Source: Octopus bimaculoides (taxonomy: Eukaryota). Taken from it: DNA of 64,000 bases. Shown piece by piece: positions 1 to 12,733 of this stretch; the first letter of the stretch is position 1; every line of letters starts with the position of its first letter. The notes beneath the pieces are model-generated. The model was not told where the DNA came from. It was given only the letters and a program-made list of their open reading frames with translations, and ran no database searches. Made by a program: the position numbers and the translations under genes. The stretch lies in NCBI RefSeq assembly GCF_001194135.2, contig NC_068987.1, forward strand, positions 75,770,652-75,834,651, read 5' to 3'.

Positions 1-160
1 TTTAAAGGGAATAATTATAAATTTTTCCCTTATGAGTTTTTTTCACGCTGACTACTTGATAAATTCTTATAAAAATGTTATCCTATTTTTAAATTATATA
101 TATACAAGACCAATGTTCTTATAAATGTATACATTTATATATTCTAACAGCATTAGTTTA

Positions 161-279
<119 letters not shown>

Positions 280-1229
280 ATAGATACATATACACACAAA
301 TATCATTCTTTTTTATTTTCGTTTATATTAAAGTGTTTCGCTAATGTCTCCTTGTACAAAAGAGATATTTTCAGTTTAAGTGCGAAATATTTATTTCTAG
401 GATTTCCAAACCAATTCATTTCTATGAATTAATTTGAAATTCTAACGTTAAAGGAATTGCTGATATTGACTTCGACGATTCTAGCACTTTCGCAAAACTT
501 TTGCAATGCAAATTGACCTTCTTTGTGTTCGTGATATTTCGTCTCTTTCCTTTTTCTCTGCTATTGTATATATGAACTGATATACAAAAACACTCGCAAA
601 CACACACACACACACACGCAAAAATACAAACATACACACACACACATACACACGTACGTACACATATTAAACAACGTTGTCATATCTAGTGTAATAATGC
701 TACCTACCGCGTCCATGATATTTTATATTTCTCATTTTATCCTTCCCAATTTCTCATCATTAGTTCCTCCTATAGATGAGTGACTACCTTTTCAGCTAGT
801 ATCGTCTGCCTTTTCCAGTTAGTGTGTTTGCTATTGTTTCTCTATGGTTTATTGTTATTGCATGTTGTCATATCGTGGTATCTTATCCTAAGTCTTATTG
901 AACGTATACCATATTCCAAGGACATCATAAAGCAATTTAAGGAAAATCCTTATATTGAAATATCTAAAAAACAGATTGTTTTTTCAAATTATCATTCTGT
1001 TTATTGTGATGTGTCATATCGTATTAGCAGTTTGTCTCACCGGTCTTCTATAGACAAAAACATTTATCAATGAATTTATGTCTTGGATCGTTTTGGGTCG
1101 ACGTACAGGGAAATGCGTAAAAATGGACGAGTTTTAGGTGTATGAATCAAGAATCACATAAGTACAATAGTGAATAAAAAAATAAGCAAAAGTTCGTTCG
1201 AAGCCTGCAGAAAAAAGAAGGTTAAACTT

Positions 1230-2150
1230 CTAATGAGAAACCTTTTCTAGCAAGTAAAATTTGGTTTGAAAGTTTTAAGAAGCGTTTGAATTTGCATAGC
1301 ATGACAGCTACGAATAATGCCTTTAGTACTGGAACAAAAGCAACTTCTAATTATCAGGAGGAGCTTAAAGATGTGATTGCCGAAGGAGGCTACATATCAG
1401 AGCCACTGTACAATGTTTACGTAAGCGTAATTTTCTAAAAGCTTATATCTGCTCGAAGTTTTATTTCTCAAGAAGAAAAAATCAATACCAGGATTTAAAG
1501 ATTCGAAAAATCAAATCGTCTGACGCCTCTTCTGGGATGAAATTTCCCTAATCTATATCATTTTCAAAGTTTACGTAAAGTTTAATTTGCCTCTGATTTG
1601 GCGTTTAAAGAGCTTTTTCGAAAAATGATTTACAAACACTTTTTGTTTCGCAGTAGAAAGTTACAGTGACAGACAAATTATTTCCAAGAAAGCATTGTTC
1701 ATTTTGGACAATGAATCAAACAACCCTGTGAACTGAAACGAGCTTTCTGATAATGGGAGTGTAGAATATATTGCTAAGAATACAATTTCTTTGCTCCATC
1801 CAATGGATGATAAGAGAACTTTCAAACAGCCTATGAAAGCAATTGAAAGAAAGGATAAACCTACACTGAGAGACGCTTGGGAGACGTTTCACATAATGTA
1901 TGTTCTTGATAACATCGCTGAGAAATGGGATAAACAGAAACCATCAATAGTGCTTAGTAAGATAAATGACCAGTGTACTCGTGAATTTATAAGTTATATG
2001 AGCAGAATGTTTATATCAAATTTGGAAAGAGAGTGTGACACTTGCACATGATGTGGAGCTTAAAGAAGTCACAGAGAACGATGTAATTGAATTGCTGAAA
2101 ATAGCAGCCTAATATGACTCAAATCACGTCCAAATGTCTTTAAAGAAGCG
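1230..2150 (+). pseudogene. Degenerate Tigger/pogo-family transposase fragment (CENP-B HTH end plus DDE region)
   Basis: Manual translation from ~1232 gives FLASKIWFESFKKRLNLHSM...ELKDVIAEGGYISEPLYNV...F*KLISARSFISQEEK. LLHPMDD (ORF 1791) matches the Tigger LIQPMDQG motif. Stops and frameshifts present. Confidence 0.8.
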
Positions 2151-2319
2151 CAGGACACGTTAGATAATACAGCCTTAAATATACAGTAGATAAGAGGACT
2201 GAAAAACTTCTTATCATAATTTTACTTCATCATTATTGAACTGAGCTTACATCAAAAGTGATAATAATCTTATAAGTACTGGGGGCTTGGAGATCCATAA
2301 TAATGTTGGTAGATCTAGA

Positions 2320-2821
2320 CGAAACGAAGAGTCGATTGAGAAGGTTCGGCGTATAGTCATGGAAGACCGTTGTGTATTAACCCAGAAAAAGTACAGGATC
2401 AGAGTATTCCATTTTAACGGAATATTTGTGCATGTGGAGAGTTTTGGCGAAAACCGTCCCCAGGGTGCCGGCGGAGCAGCATTAGCAACTCAACATGGAA
2501 ATTGCTCAGAACATGCTCAGAACTGTGCAAAGCGCGATCCAGACTTCATGAAGACCATCACCACTGGTGATGAGACATGGATTTATGATCTCTGCTCGAT
2601 ACATTCGGGCATCTTGCGTGAATGTGAAAGTTCGACGAGCACGCATTACATGTCTGTATTCTAGACGTCGCAACCCGAAACTGGTGCAGCCTACATGCAT
2701 GAAAATTTTCACGACTGCACAGGGAGGGGTGTGGGCGTTACCTCGCACCCAAAGCATTTTTACCATGCCGCATTCGTTTTGTCGGGAGAAAGTAAAGTTG
2801 TATACATTTTGAACGCAACTC

Positions 2822-2823
<2 letters not shown>
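2320..2823 (+). mobile_element. Internally deleted mariner fragment with right TIR
   Basis: EESIEKVRRIVMEDR and RDPDFMKTITTGDETWIYD (first catalytic D). Ends in ACATTTTGAACGCAACTCGT, the reverse complement of a TACGAG-type mariner TIR. Confidence 0.8.
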
Positions 2824-2852
<29 letters not shown>

Positions 2853-3825
2853 NNNNNNNNNNNNNNNNNNNNNNNNNNNNNNNNNNNNNNNNNNNNNNNN
2901 NNNNNNNNNNNNNNNNNNNNNNNNNNNNNNNNNNNNNNNNNNNNNNNNNNNNNNNNNNNNNNNNNNNNNNNNNNNNNNNNNNNNNNNNNNNNNNNNNNNN
3001 NNNTGTGTGTGTGTGTGTGTGTGTGTGTGTTGGTATAAACACAATATATGCATATATGCATACATACATATGTACACACACACATGAGACAAATTTCCAA
3101 CTGATTGTGAAATCAAATGATATGCACGCATCTCGCCTGGAATAAAATGTTTCCTAATAAATCAATATTATAATATACAAATACTATTATGATATACTAA
3201 TATTATAATATATTAATATTATATTATATTAATATCATAATATCAGCTGGCAACAACTTGACTAAGTAAATTATCCAAATATAAACCTGAAAATCGAAGA
3301 GATGTTTATCATTCAAACTTGTGTCATGTTTATATTTCATTCAATATATAAATAGTTATTTCTGTGTGGTAAATATTTTTTTTACATCTGCATCCCTTAG
3401 ACTATAGCTGTTTCTATGACCATAATAGTATTTGTTACGTAAAAGGTCATCGTTATGATTAACCGGTCACATAACTGCCATTTTATGGTCATTTGGTAAT
3501 TACACCGGACATTTTGTGTCGTTATGTATTGTAACTGTTGGTAATTGAGTGAAATAATATCTTTAATTAATTTCTCTTGTTACTCTGATGTTTCACTAAT
3601 TATATTTCTATCCTTGTGTTACAATGATGATAATAAAGCGGTACAATAGCCGCTTTCTTAAACCTATCTTATCACACAGCGTTGTCCATAATGTTCACTT
3701 GCTGTACTTTTTGTCTCTTATATTCCTCCTCCTGGCATTACCATATATATAAACGACCCGTTCAGTATTTCTCTGGCAAGTGTTCATCAATGCTATCGAT
3801 TTGGGACAGTACCTTACTGGTGATA

Positions 3826-5038
3826 TACGAGGGGTGTTCATTAAAGATTTCCTCTGATCCACTTCCCAATTATTAGTTCCTCTCTACATAGCCACTACCA
3901 ATGGTGACACACTTCTCTCATTGCTTTGTGCATCTGTGAAGACCTTGTCTGTAGAAGCCGGTAGGTTGCGTCTGAAGCCAAGACTATACCTCGGAAATAA
4001 ATTCATCATCATCCGAAAAGTGCTTCCTCTTCAAAAAAAAAACAAAAACTTCATGGCTAAAGAAGTGGAAGGTCAGGAGAGTAAGGGGGATGAGGAAGGA
4101 TTTCATAGCCGCAGGAGTGTGCTTTCATCTGGGCAGCATGTGCATTGTGAACTGGGGCATTGTCTTGGAGGAGGCGGGCACCTTTGGTCAGCTTGCTACG
4201 CCTCTGTGCATGAGGGAGGTATAATGTGCCACGTTAATTGTGGTGCCCTTTGCCAGAAAATCCATCAGCACTACTCCGCGCTGGTCCCAAAAGACTGTGA
4301 GCATCACTTTGCCAGCTGAGGGTTGGTCACGATCCTGTTTTGAAGGTGGTGAGTTATCATGCTTCCGTTGCTTCGACTGGATTTTAATCACAGGATCATT
4401 GAGATGGAGCCATGTGTCATCCTGTGTGATAAGTTTGCCGAAAACGTCTTCCTCGTTTTCTTAGCAGATTGTCAAAAAAGCCTGGGAGTAATTGACTCGT
4501 TCCTGCTTCTGAAAAGTTGGGGAATCCGTAGACAACGTCTGCATGTGCAAATGGTCGTCAATGGTTTCTTCCACGCACCCTACACTTATCTTCACTCCTT
4601 GAGCTAATTGCCGAGTAGTTATGCGGTGGTCCTCTAAAAATGTAGCTTCCAATTTATGGATGCTGTCATCATCAATAGCGGAATGAGGTCATCCAGGAAT
4701 AGGAGCAGTTTCCATCGATGTCCGACTACGCTTGAACTTGACACCAGTACTTGACTACGTTGTATGATGGTGCATCGTCACCATAACTTCTTTCAGCTCA
4801 CCGAAAGCTTCTTTTGGTGTACGACTTTTCAAGAACCTGATTACAGATCTGCATTCAACTGCCTCCATTATAACACCTTAGTCCACTTCAGCAGCCGTAA
4901 AAGACAAACGGATACTAGTGGAAAGCTGCAATTTGTAATGTGAGATGTAGAGACATGTATAATTATACTTGCACAAGTTCCGTTTCCTGAAATAACTGGA
5001 AGTGGGTGAGGGGAAACCTTTAATGAGCACCTCTCGTA
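3826..5038 (-). mobile_element. Near full-length mariner (irritans/Hsmar2-like), transposase disrupted
   Basis: ~50-bp imperfect TIRs TACGAGGGGTGTTCATTAAAG... and ...CTTTAATGAGCACCTCTCGTA with terminal TA. Minus-strand pieces: MEAVECRSVIRF (~4868), EDHRITTRQLA, GKVMLTVFWDQRGVVLMDFLAKGTTIN, EKCVTIGSGYVERN*. Confidence 0.93.
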
Positions 5039-5127
5039 GGTGACATTTGACCATCCTCCTTTTTAAGTAATCGGCTCACCGCTGATCGGTTTCTTACAAC
5101 GGATGCGTATCTGGGATATATTTTGGT

Positions 5128-5682
5128 TGTCGTTCAATTCGTGCGGCACCCATTTCTCAAGTATTTTGATTTTTCCAATCTCTTTCAAGTGGTTAGAAAT
5201 TGTTGTATACATTACATCTAATATAGAAGCAAGCTCTCGAACAGTTGTGGGTGGATTGGCTTCGACTAAGGCTCTTAGTTGATCGTTGTCAACATCCGAT
5301 GGCTGACCACTACGTTTATCATCTTCAAGACTCTCGTCACTGCTACGAAATTTCTTGAACCACCATTGTGCTGTACGTTCATTAGTGGTTCCTGGGCCAA
5401 ACGCATCATTGATATCGCGATCTATTTCAGTAGAGTTTCGGCCTAGCTTGACCTGGAATAAGAAAATTGAACGAATTTGCTTTTTATCCATATTGTATTC
5501 AACGTTCCGTAAAAGATGGCCTAATTATTCAAAAAGAAAAAGAGTAACATTATTAGATAGAGCGAAATACGAGCTTTAAAATGATATATAAAGTCAAAGT
5601 AATTTAACGAAAATTAATTTGAAAATACGTAATTTAAAACCCAAATTAAAAATTCCGCAAGAACTTTCTTGACAACCTAATA
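5128..5682 (-). mobile_element. 5' half of an Hsmar1-like (cecropia) mariner with left TIR and N-terminal HTH domains
   Basis: ORF 5063-5491: MDKKQIRSIFLFQVKLGRNSTEIDRDINDAFGPGTTNERTAQWWFKKF...WVPHEL. TIR TATTAGGTTGTCAAGAAAGTTCTTGCGG ends at 5682. Confidence 0.93.
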
Positions 5683-5880
5683 CCAGTGAAGTGCTGGGGT
5701 CGATGCGATCGACTCCCCCCACCCACACACAAATTTCAGGCCTTGTGCATAGTGTAGAAAGGATTATTTACGACTCTGAAAGGATGGAAAGCAAAGTCTA
5801 TCTCAGGGGGATTTGAATACAGAACGCAGAAATCCGGAACAAATACCGACGTTCAAGCGGTTCTGCTTGTTTGCCACTTT
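5683..5880. mobile_element. Two SINE family A fragments (3' part on +, 5' part on -)
   Basis: Match to other family A copies in this window, e.g. 14510-14727. Confidence 0.75.
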
Positions 5881-7736
5881 TGGGTTAAAAGCAACAAATA
5901 TTATGGTGGTGTACAGTAAATATTTTAATATCTGAAATAATGTTCTCTCTGTTTCATTAAATATGTAGCGTTTCAAAGGAATTCTCGTGTAGGATGCGTA
6001 TCACTCAATTCGTTCCTCGAAATTGCAAATCGTCAGCTATAATAGTTCTCACCATCTCGTTTGTTAACTCAACATTTGTCTTGGCCACATGGCATTTCAA
6101 TAATACCAGTAAATTAATTGTCTGAAAATGTTAAAGATACTTACCAAACAGATTTCGAACGTTGTTAACCATTTGTGAAGAGCAACTTCATGATGTTTTC
6201 CATTTAAGAATGAAAACTATATAAACAAACATCGAACAATATTCGTATTGTGTCATCTAAAAGTCGTTATACGAACAATATTTACATTGCCAAATAAATT
6301 TGGAGCTCTTTACATTGATACACTGGCTTATAATGGAGCAATAGTGAGCTTTTCTGTTTATGTTAATAAAAGATTGCATTACAATACTAACCAAAAGGAA
6401 AGGAAAACAACTACGACTAAACAGCAATAATAGTTCACATAAAAATAAACCAACTTAGTGGAGACCAACATTCTAATGGAACAGAACAGACGTATATGAC
6501 TACATAAATATAACAAGCACTGAGGAATTGAATATCTCACAGAAAGTGTTTCAGTAACCAAGAGCTGTAAATCTTATCAAGATCGTCACTAAATAAAAAT
6601 TCCCCTGTAGATAATTTTACATATTAAATACAAATATGGTGGGGCGTCCCACATATGTAATATAGTTATTTTATTTCATTAGTTTTTTCTGTCTAACCAT
6701 CATCAGGGACAACCCTGTGATCGTTCGATTGTCTACTTTAGGAATCTATGTAAATAAAGATATTGTAACTCTATATTAGTTGGTTTGTTAGGTGTAGGTG
6801 CTAAATATCTCTAACATCACACTCTGCCTTATTTGAGAGAGAACTAAACACTTTGAATATTTTCTGTGATAATACGAAAGTGACGGTATAATCATGGTTG
6901 ATTTACTTCGATCACCCCGCATTCATGAAATCCAACATGAAAGAAAAATGCCTATGAACAGCAGCTCTGGATGAGGGACTCATAAGTACAGACTAGTTAT
7001 AATACATAAGTATATAAAAACTTTATTTAATAACAAATAAATTATTATTTTTAACAGCATGAATTAAATGTTGTTAGTAAACTCATATATCTAGTGAAAT
7101 TAGCAACTAAACAACATCACAATGATTAGTTACCGAAGAAATTTTGATCATTAATCAGTACATCAGAAGACGGAAGACAGAATTATTTTTTTTTGTCCAT
7201 TGATCATGTCAGTGAAAATATTCGTAATATAACACACAAATAAGCAACGTATTTTGAAGATTTCTCATTACATTTTAACAACTAATAAACGACATCTCAA
7301 AAACAAATTTGATAAATATTGACCAAAATACCAGTGTGTTCTAAAAATACAACTAACAGAACTGTGAAATAATTTCAAAGTCTGATGAAACCTAACAGGA
7401 ATTTTAACCAAATACGAATCAAATATAGAACAAGTTCAAATGTACTGCCATTAAATCATCCGCTTCATTAATCTATATAAGATATTACTACTCTATTTTA
7501 GATGGCTATTTTACTATTTACATATGTATTATTCTTTTGGTTTTACAGATTTTTAATGTTTTAGTACATACTCCATTATATTCCAATCTGAGGTCTTTAA
7601 GTTATTTCGAACTTCGTTTCAATTTTGGTATATTTTTTTCCTTTATACATCTATGTCCTAAAAGAAACCTTTCGAAAAATAGGATATCTCCTTTATGATC
7701 AAACTCTCTCTTTTAGATTTTAATTTTTTTAATCTT

Positions 7737-8300
7737 TTACTTGTTTCAAATTATTAGACTGCGACCATGCTGGAGTACCACCTTGAGGAATTTTAGTCGA
7801 ATTACCCCATTCCTTATTTTATTTCTAAGCATGGTACTTATTCTATCGGTCTCTTTTGCCGAACCGATAAGCTATGCGGACGTAAATACACCATCACCAG
7901 TAGTCAAGTAGTGCTTGGGAACAGACACACACACACATACACACACACATACACACATACGAGGGAGTGATGTAAAGTTCCTGTCTTTGAGTAAAAGAAA
8001 ATACAGGAGGATCAGTTGATTATCATTTTATTTAACATATTCCCTTCTCAGATTCATACACTTATTTCAGTGGTCCTTCAGTTTTTCTAGGCTCCGTAAA
8101 AGAACTTTGAAGGTTAGCTTCCAGCCAGGACTTTCGTGATACCCCTAAAGCATTTCTCGTAAGTGTAGTACAGGCTTCTTTCAGTTTCCGTTTACCACTC
8201 ACAAGGCTCTGGTCAGCCCAAAGTACCACGCAGCAAGAGTGAACCCGAAACCAGGTGGTTGGAAACTAAGCTTCTTACCACCTTACCACGCAGCCACGCC
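7737..8300 (-). mobile_element. SINE family B (tRNA head, CORE-like domain, internal microsatellite), interrupted by a MITE
   Basis: Both halves match the copies at 22128-23360 and 43365-43850. Confidence 0.85.
7958..8161 (-). mobile_element. ~200-bp mariner-derived MITE
   Basis: Starts TACGAGGGAGTGATGTAAAGTTCC and ends CTCGTA (right TIR partly deleted). Minus strand encodes a mariner C-terminal remnant, NKCMNLRREYVK*. Confidence 0.75.
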
Positions 8301-9139
8301 AGTACCTTTTGTATACCTTTTTTTTTTTATAAAAGAAAATATATTTGTTTTAGAGTGAATCTGTTAAGGAATATATAAAAGAAGCACAAAAGAGGGTCCA
8401 GTGGAGAAGTGAGAACTTTGCTCTGGTTTCGCCTATAATCTGATTTCCACATCAAATTATAAAAGTTATAAATTCTTGGTTGTCTTACCATTTACTACTT
8501 GTCTTTGATTTTTAAGCAGCGCGAATACGTATGTATTTTCTACCGTAGTTCTTTTTACATTATAATATCATTCAGTGTTCATTCACTAAATTGTATATTA
8601 ACTATAGTGAGTATTTTTAAGAGCTGACATTAAGGGTTCGGTTATGCCTTGATGAAGAGTGCTAATGAGGCTAAAATATATCTAGAGATGTCACTTCTTA
8701 CTTCCCGCTATTTTTAATTAAACTTAATTCATTTAATTTAATATAAGCTCAAACGCAGCGACGATTGAAATAAAGTTACACACATTTATTTTTAGCATGC
8801 TCTTGTAGACTGGATCAAGAAATGCATTTACTGCGGAATATTTTCTGGGAGAAAAAATTCTCCTAAGAAGAAAAAAAACTGAGTTTGGTAAAGTTAGTGA
8901 ACTACCAGACATAGTATTTCGGTGTGATTTCGCTTGCACAGTGCCTAAACCTACCTCACTGGACTTGGTTCAATGTGTTATTACATACAAAATCACCAGA
9001 AATAACTATTTCTTCGAGACTAAATCCCACAGCGAATGCTGTGAAATGTTTTGTAGATGTTTCTATGGTCTTCAAATGGGTGGGATATTTTACTTTTTTT
9101 CTGTCTGTCTGTCTATCTGTCTGTCTCTGTCTCTATCAC

Positions 9140-9176
<37 letters not shown>

Positions 9177-9437
9177 NNNNNNNNNNNNNNNNNNNNNNNN
9201 NNNNNNNNNNNNNNNNNNNNNNNNNNNNNNNNNNNNNNNNNNNNNNNNNNNNNNNNNNNNNNNNNNNNNNNNNNNNNNNNNNNNNNNNNNNNNNNNNNNN
9301 NNNNNNNNNNNNNNNNNNNNNNNNNNNNNNNNNNNNNNNNNNNNNNNNNNNNNNNNNNNNNNNNNNNNNNNNNNNNNNNNNNNNNNNNNNNNNNNNNNNN
9401 NNNNNNNNNNNNNNNNNNNNNNNNNNNNNNNNNNNNA

Positions 9438-9558
9438 AGAAGAAGAAGAAGAAGAAGAAGAAGAAGAAGAAGAAGAAGAAAAAGAAGAAGAAGAAGAAGA
9501 AGAAGAAGAAGAAGAAGAAGAAGAAGAAGAAGAAGAAGAAGAAGAAGAAGAAGAAGAT
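9438..9558. repeat. (GAA)n microsatellite next to a gap; (CTGT)n on the other side of the gap at ~9104-9176
   Basis: Read directly. Confidence 0.97.
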
Positions 9559-10122
9559 TGAGTGGTACTATTCAGTAGTAAAGGTTTTCTGTGGAATCTG
9601 CTTTAATGGCCAAGTGGGCTCACAGTGACCTCTTGTGATTGTAGTAGCAGTAGTAATAGGGACTGTTCTAAATAAGTTCTTGGGTAGCAACTATTCTAAA
9701 TATATATTAATTGTTTTTAATAATTCCGTGGGTATTATTCCAAGATCCCTGTAGTAGTGTCATCTGTGGTAAACATTCGAAAGAGCTTTATATTATGCGA
9801 TAAAATATGGTTCTTTGCTTTCACCTTCTAGTGTACACGAACGCGTTAACAGTAAATGTGCGCGTCATTATATTAAGTAATCAGAATTAGCAAGTTAATT
9901 ACCCTGACCAGAGTTAATCATTGAGGTAATGACATTTTTTTTTACTCCTCATCACTAAAGGTGTAATTTGAATTCATTAAAATTCGTTAAAATCCTGCAT
10001 CAATTAATGTCCACTTTTACTTTGTCTGAATTCTTTTCATACAGAATTTGCTCCACCCGCCTGGCACATCGCTAGAAGTTTAACATATTAAGCTAAATGC
10101 TGATGCCAAGAACTTGTTACTA

Positions 10123-10163
10123 TAACAACAACAACAACAACAACAACAACCAGAACAACAACA

Positions 10164-10198
<35 letters not shown>

Positions 10199-10209
10199 AA
10201 CAACTGCTG

Positions 10210-10247
<38 letters not shown>

Positions 10248-10293
10248 ACTACTACTACTACTTCTAGTAGTAGTAGCAGTAGCAGTAGTAGTA
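10123..10293. repeat. Compound trinucleotide repeat (CAA)(CTA)(CTG)(TAG)
   Basis: Read directly. Confidence 0.95.
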
Positions 10294-10711
10294 ATTGTTT
10301 TGGAAGACGAGAGTATATAACGGATAATGGTTTGTTTGTTTTTTTTTCTGTTCGGAAATCTTTTGCAGACCTAGAAGAAAAAAAAAAAGAAAAGAAAAAG
10401 AATGAAAAAATAAAATCAAAATTGGAATACAAAANNNNNNNNNNNNNNNNNNNNNNNNNNNNNNNNNNNNNNNNNNNNNNNNNNNNNNNNNNNNNNNNNN
10501 NNNNNNNNNNNNNNNNNNNNNNNNNNNNNNNNNNNNNNNNNNNNNNNNNNNNNNNNNNNNNNNNNNNNNNNNNNNNNNNNNNNNNNNNNNNNNNNNNNNN
10601 NNNNNNNNNNNNNNNNNNNNNNNNNNNNNNNNNNNNNNNNNNNNNNNNNNNNNNNNNNNNNNNNNNNNNNNNNNNNNNNNNNNNNNNNNNNNNNNNNNNN
10701 NNNNNNNNNNN

Positions 10712-10761
<50 letters not shown>

Positions 10762-10879
10762 CTCTTTCTCTTTCTCCCTTGTGTATTCTCATATATTCTT
10801 TTTCTTTTACTATTTATACGCCTCACCCTCACTCACACCCGACCAAGCTATAATAGTTTATGTAATATTTTTTTGAAGC

Positions 10880-11305
10880 ATTTGTTGTTGCCGCTGTTCT
10901 TGTTCCTACTTTTACTAAATATTTCTCTTATTGTTGTGGTTACCATTATTGATGCTGTTATTGTTGTTGTTACTATTGTCGTCGTCGTCGTCGTCGTTGT
11001 TATGTTTGCTGTTGTTGCCCTTGCGTCTATGTCTGTTCTTGTTACTTTTCCTCACGCTCTTATATACGTTATTGTTGTTGATGTTATTATTGTTTTGGCT
11101 TCTGCTGTTTCACTTACTCTTACATTTGCAATAGTAGTAGTAGTAGTAGTAGTGATTGTTGTTATTATTGTTACTGCGGTTGTTGTCGTTGTTGTTACTG
11201 CTGTTGAAATCGTTGTTGCTGTTCCTGTTGTGGTTGTTGTCCTTATTCCCACCCCGGTTAATGTCGTGGTATGTTAATAATGTTGTTGTTGTCGTCATTG
11301 TTGTT
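10880..11305. repeat. Degenerate (GTT)n/(GTC)n/(GTA)n low-complexity tract
   Basis: Read directly; produces poly-V/T/N ORFs. Confidence 0.9.
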
Positions 11306-12419
11306 TTTTAAAGTTTCTAACCAATATGTCTGAACAGTCCTCTGTCTCTTGCCAGCAAGCTTTGTATCAGCTCACGTGTGATGTACCAATCAAAAATAGA
11401 CGTTTGTCTTCTATTGCTACTGTAGGCCATCATTCAAAGACAGTCGACCACACACGAGATTGCAGCAGAGAATCCAAGAAATACGAAGTTTCTTTATATG
11501 TCTGTCTGCTTTTGTCAGACTCTGACTAACGCTTCTCGCTGACTCTATCTCTCACACTGTGTCTATATATTCAAGTTCATGTCTGTCTGAATGGCTGTCT
11601 GAGTTAACACTTTCCGTTTTTTTTCTACCTTCTCCTTTTCGTCCTTCCTATCCATTAATTCCTTTCCTAATTTCATTTTTGTTTTCTCACTTAAATTCTC
11701 CGTCTGTGTATATGTGTGTGTGCATATGTACGTACTCACATATAATATATATATAAGAAAATTAAGAAAATAGGGATAAATCAAGTAATAATTATATCTA
11801 TTAATTACAAAAATAGACATAATCTCTGACAGCTGTTTCGATTCAGACTTTAAAAATTAATTAAAATAATCAAATCATTATAAAGTTGAATATCGTCGGA
11901 GGTAGAAAATATGTGTAAATGGGTTTCAATGAAAATAAAAATGCAAATGCAAACACGATAGTGAATAGATAAATAGATAAAAATGTATTTAATATACGTA
12001 CATGTTTACAATAGTAAAGAAACTGGCATCCCTAAATCTATTTTGTGTTAATCAAATAAATAAAACAGTCTATTGGTCATATTTTAAAATAAGTAGCGTT
12101 CAATTTTATTGGTTTCGTTAACGGTAATTTAATATGTAATAAGGAAAAAAGGAAGAAAGAGAGAAAAAGGAAATAATATAGACTACAGAGTTAAAATGGT
12201 ATATTTATAAGAAAGAGCAAGGAAAATATCTGATATCAAAGAAAAAAAAATTATAGTCATATTCCGATTTAAGGGATAAAATGCTCATGTGTACAGTTTA
12301 TAATATAATAAGTGAATAAAGGAAGAAAGAAACAAAATAGGAGCATAGTTAATATGTTATTTGTATAAATAATAGAGTAAGGACAAATCCCTTATATATA
12401 TATATATATATATATATTG

Positions 12420-12611
12420 TCCAGCATTCGCCATGATAGCTCGTTAGCCACTAAACCTTTTTTGTGTTTTTTCACCCTGTTTATTGTTGTATTCCTTTCT
12501 GTCGAAGAGCATAGGCTCGAAACGTAAAAGACTTTCTCACTTCCCGAGCGTTAAACTAATACATCTGTTTGTTGCTTACACACTCGTCCTCGTTTTTTGT
12601 AAATTCTCAGT
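12420..12611 (+). mobile_element. Penelope-like element terminal (pLTR-like) fragment
   Basis: Contains GAAGAGCATAGGCTCGAAACGTAAAAG (hammerhead-type signature of PLE ends) and ends at (TA)n. Confidence 0.6.
12495..12530 (+). ncRNA. Minimal type I hammerhead-ribozyme-like motif, core variant CUGUCGA
   Basis: CTTT-ctgtcga-a-GAGC atag GCTC-gaaa-CG-ta-AAAG. Stem I 4 bp, stem II 4 bp, palindromic ACGU stem III, GUA cleavage triplet. A6 replaced by U. Confidence 0.5.
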
Positions 12612-12733
12612 ATATATATATATATATATATNNNNNNNNNNNNNNNNNNNNNNNNNNNNNNNNNNNNNNNNNNNNNNNNNNNNNNNNNNNNNNNNNNNNN
12701 NNNNNNNNNNNNNNNNNNNNNNNNNNNNNNNNN

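Noticed and set aside
8733-8939. 68-aa ORF, and similar short ORFs at 11326 and 60692, as host exons
   Set aside because: No recognisable motif; lengths are within chance expectation, and they cannot be supported without a homology search.
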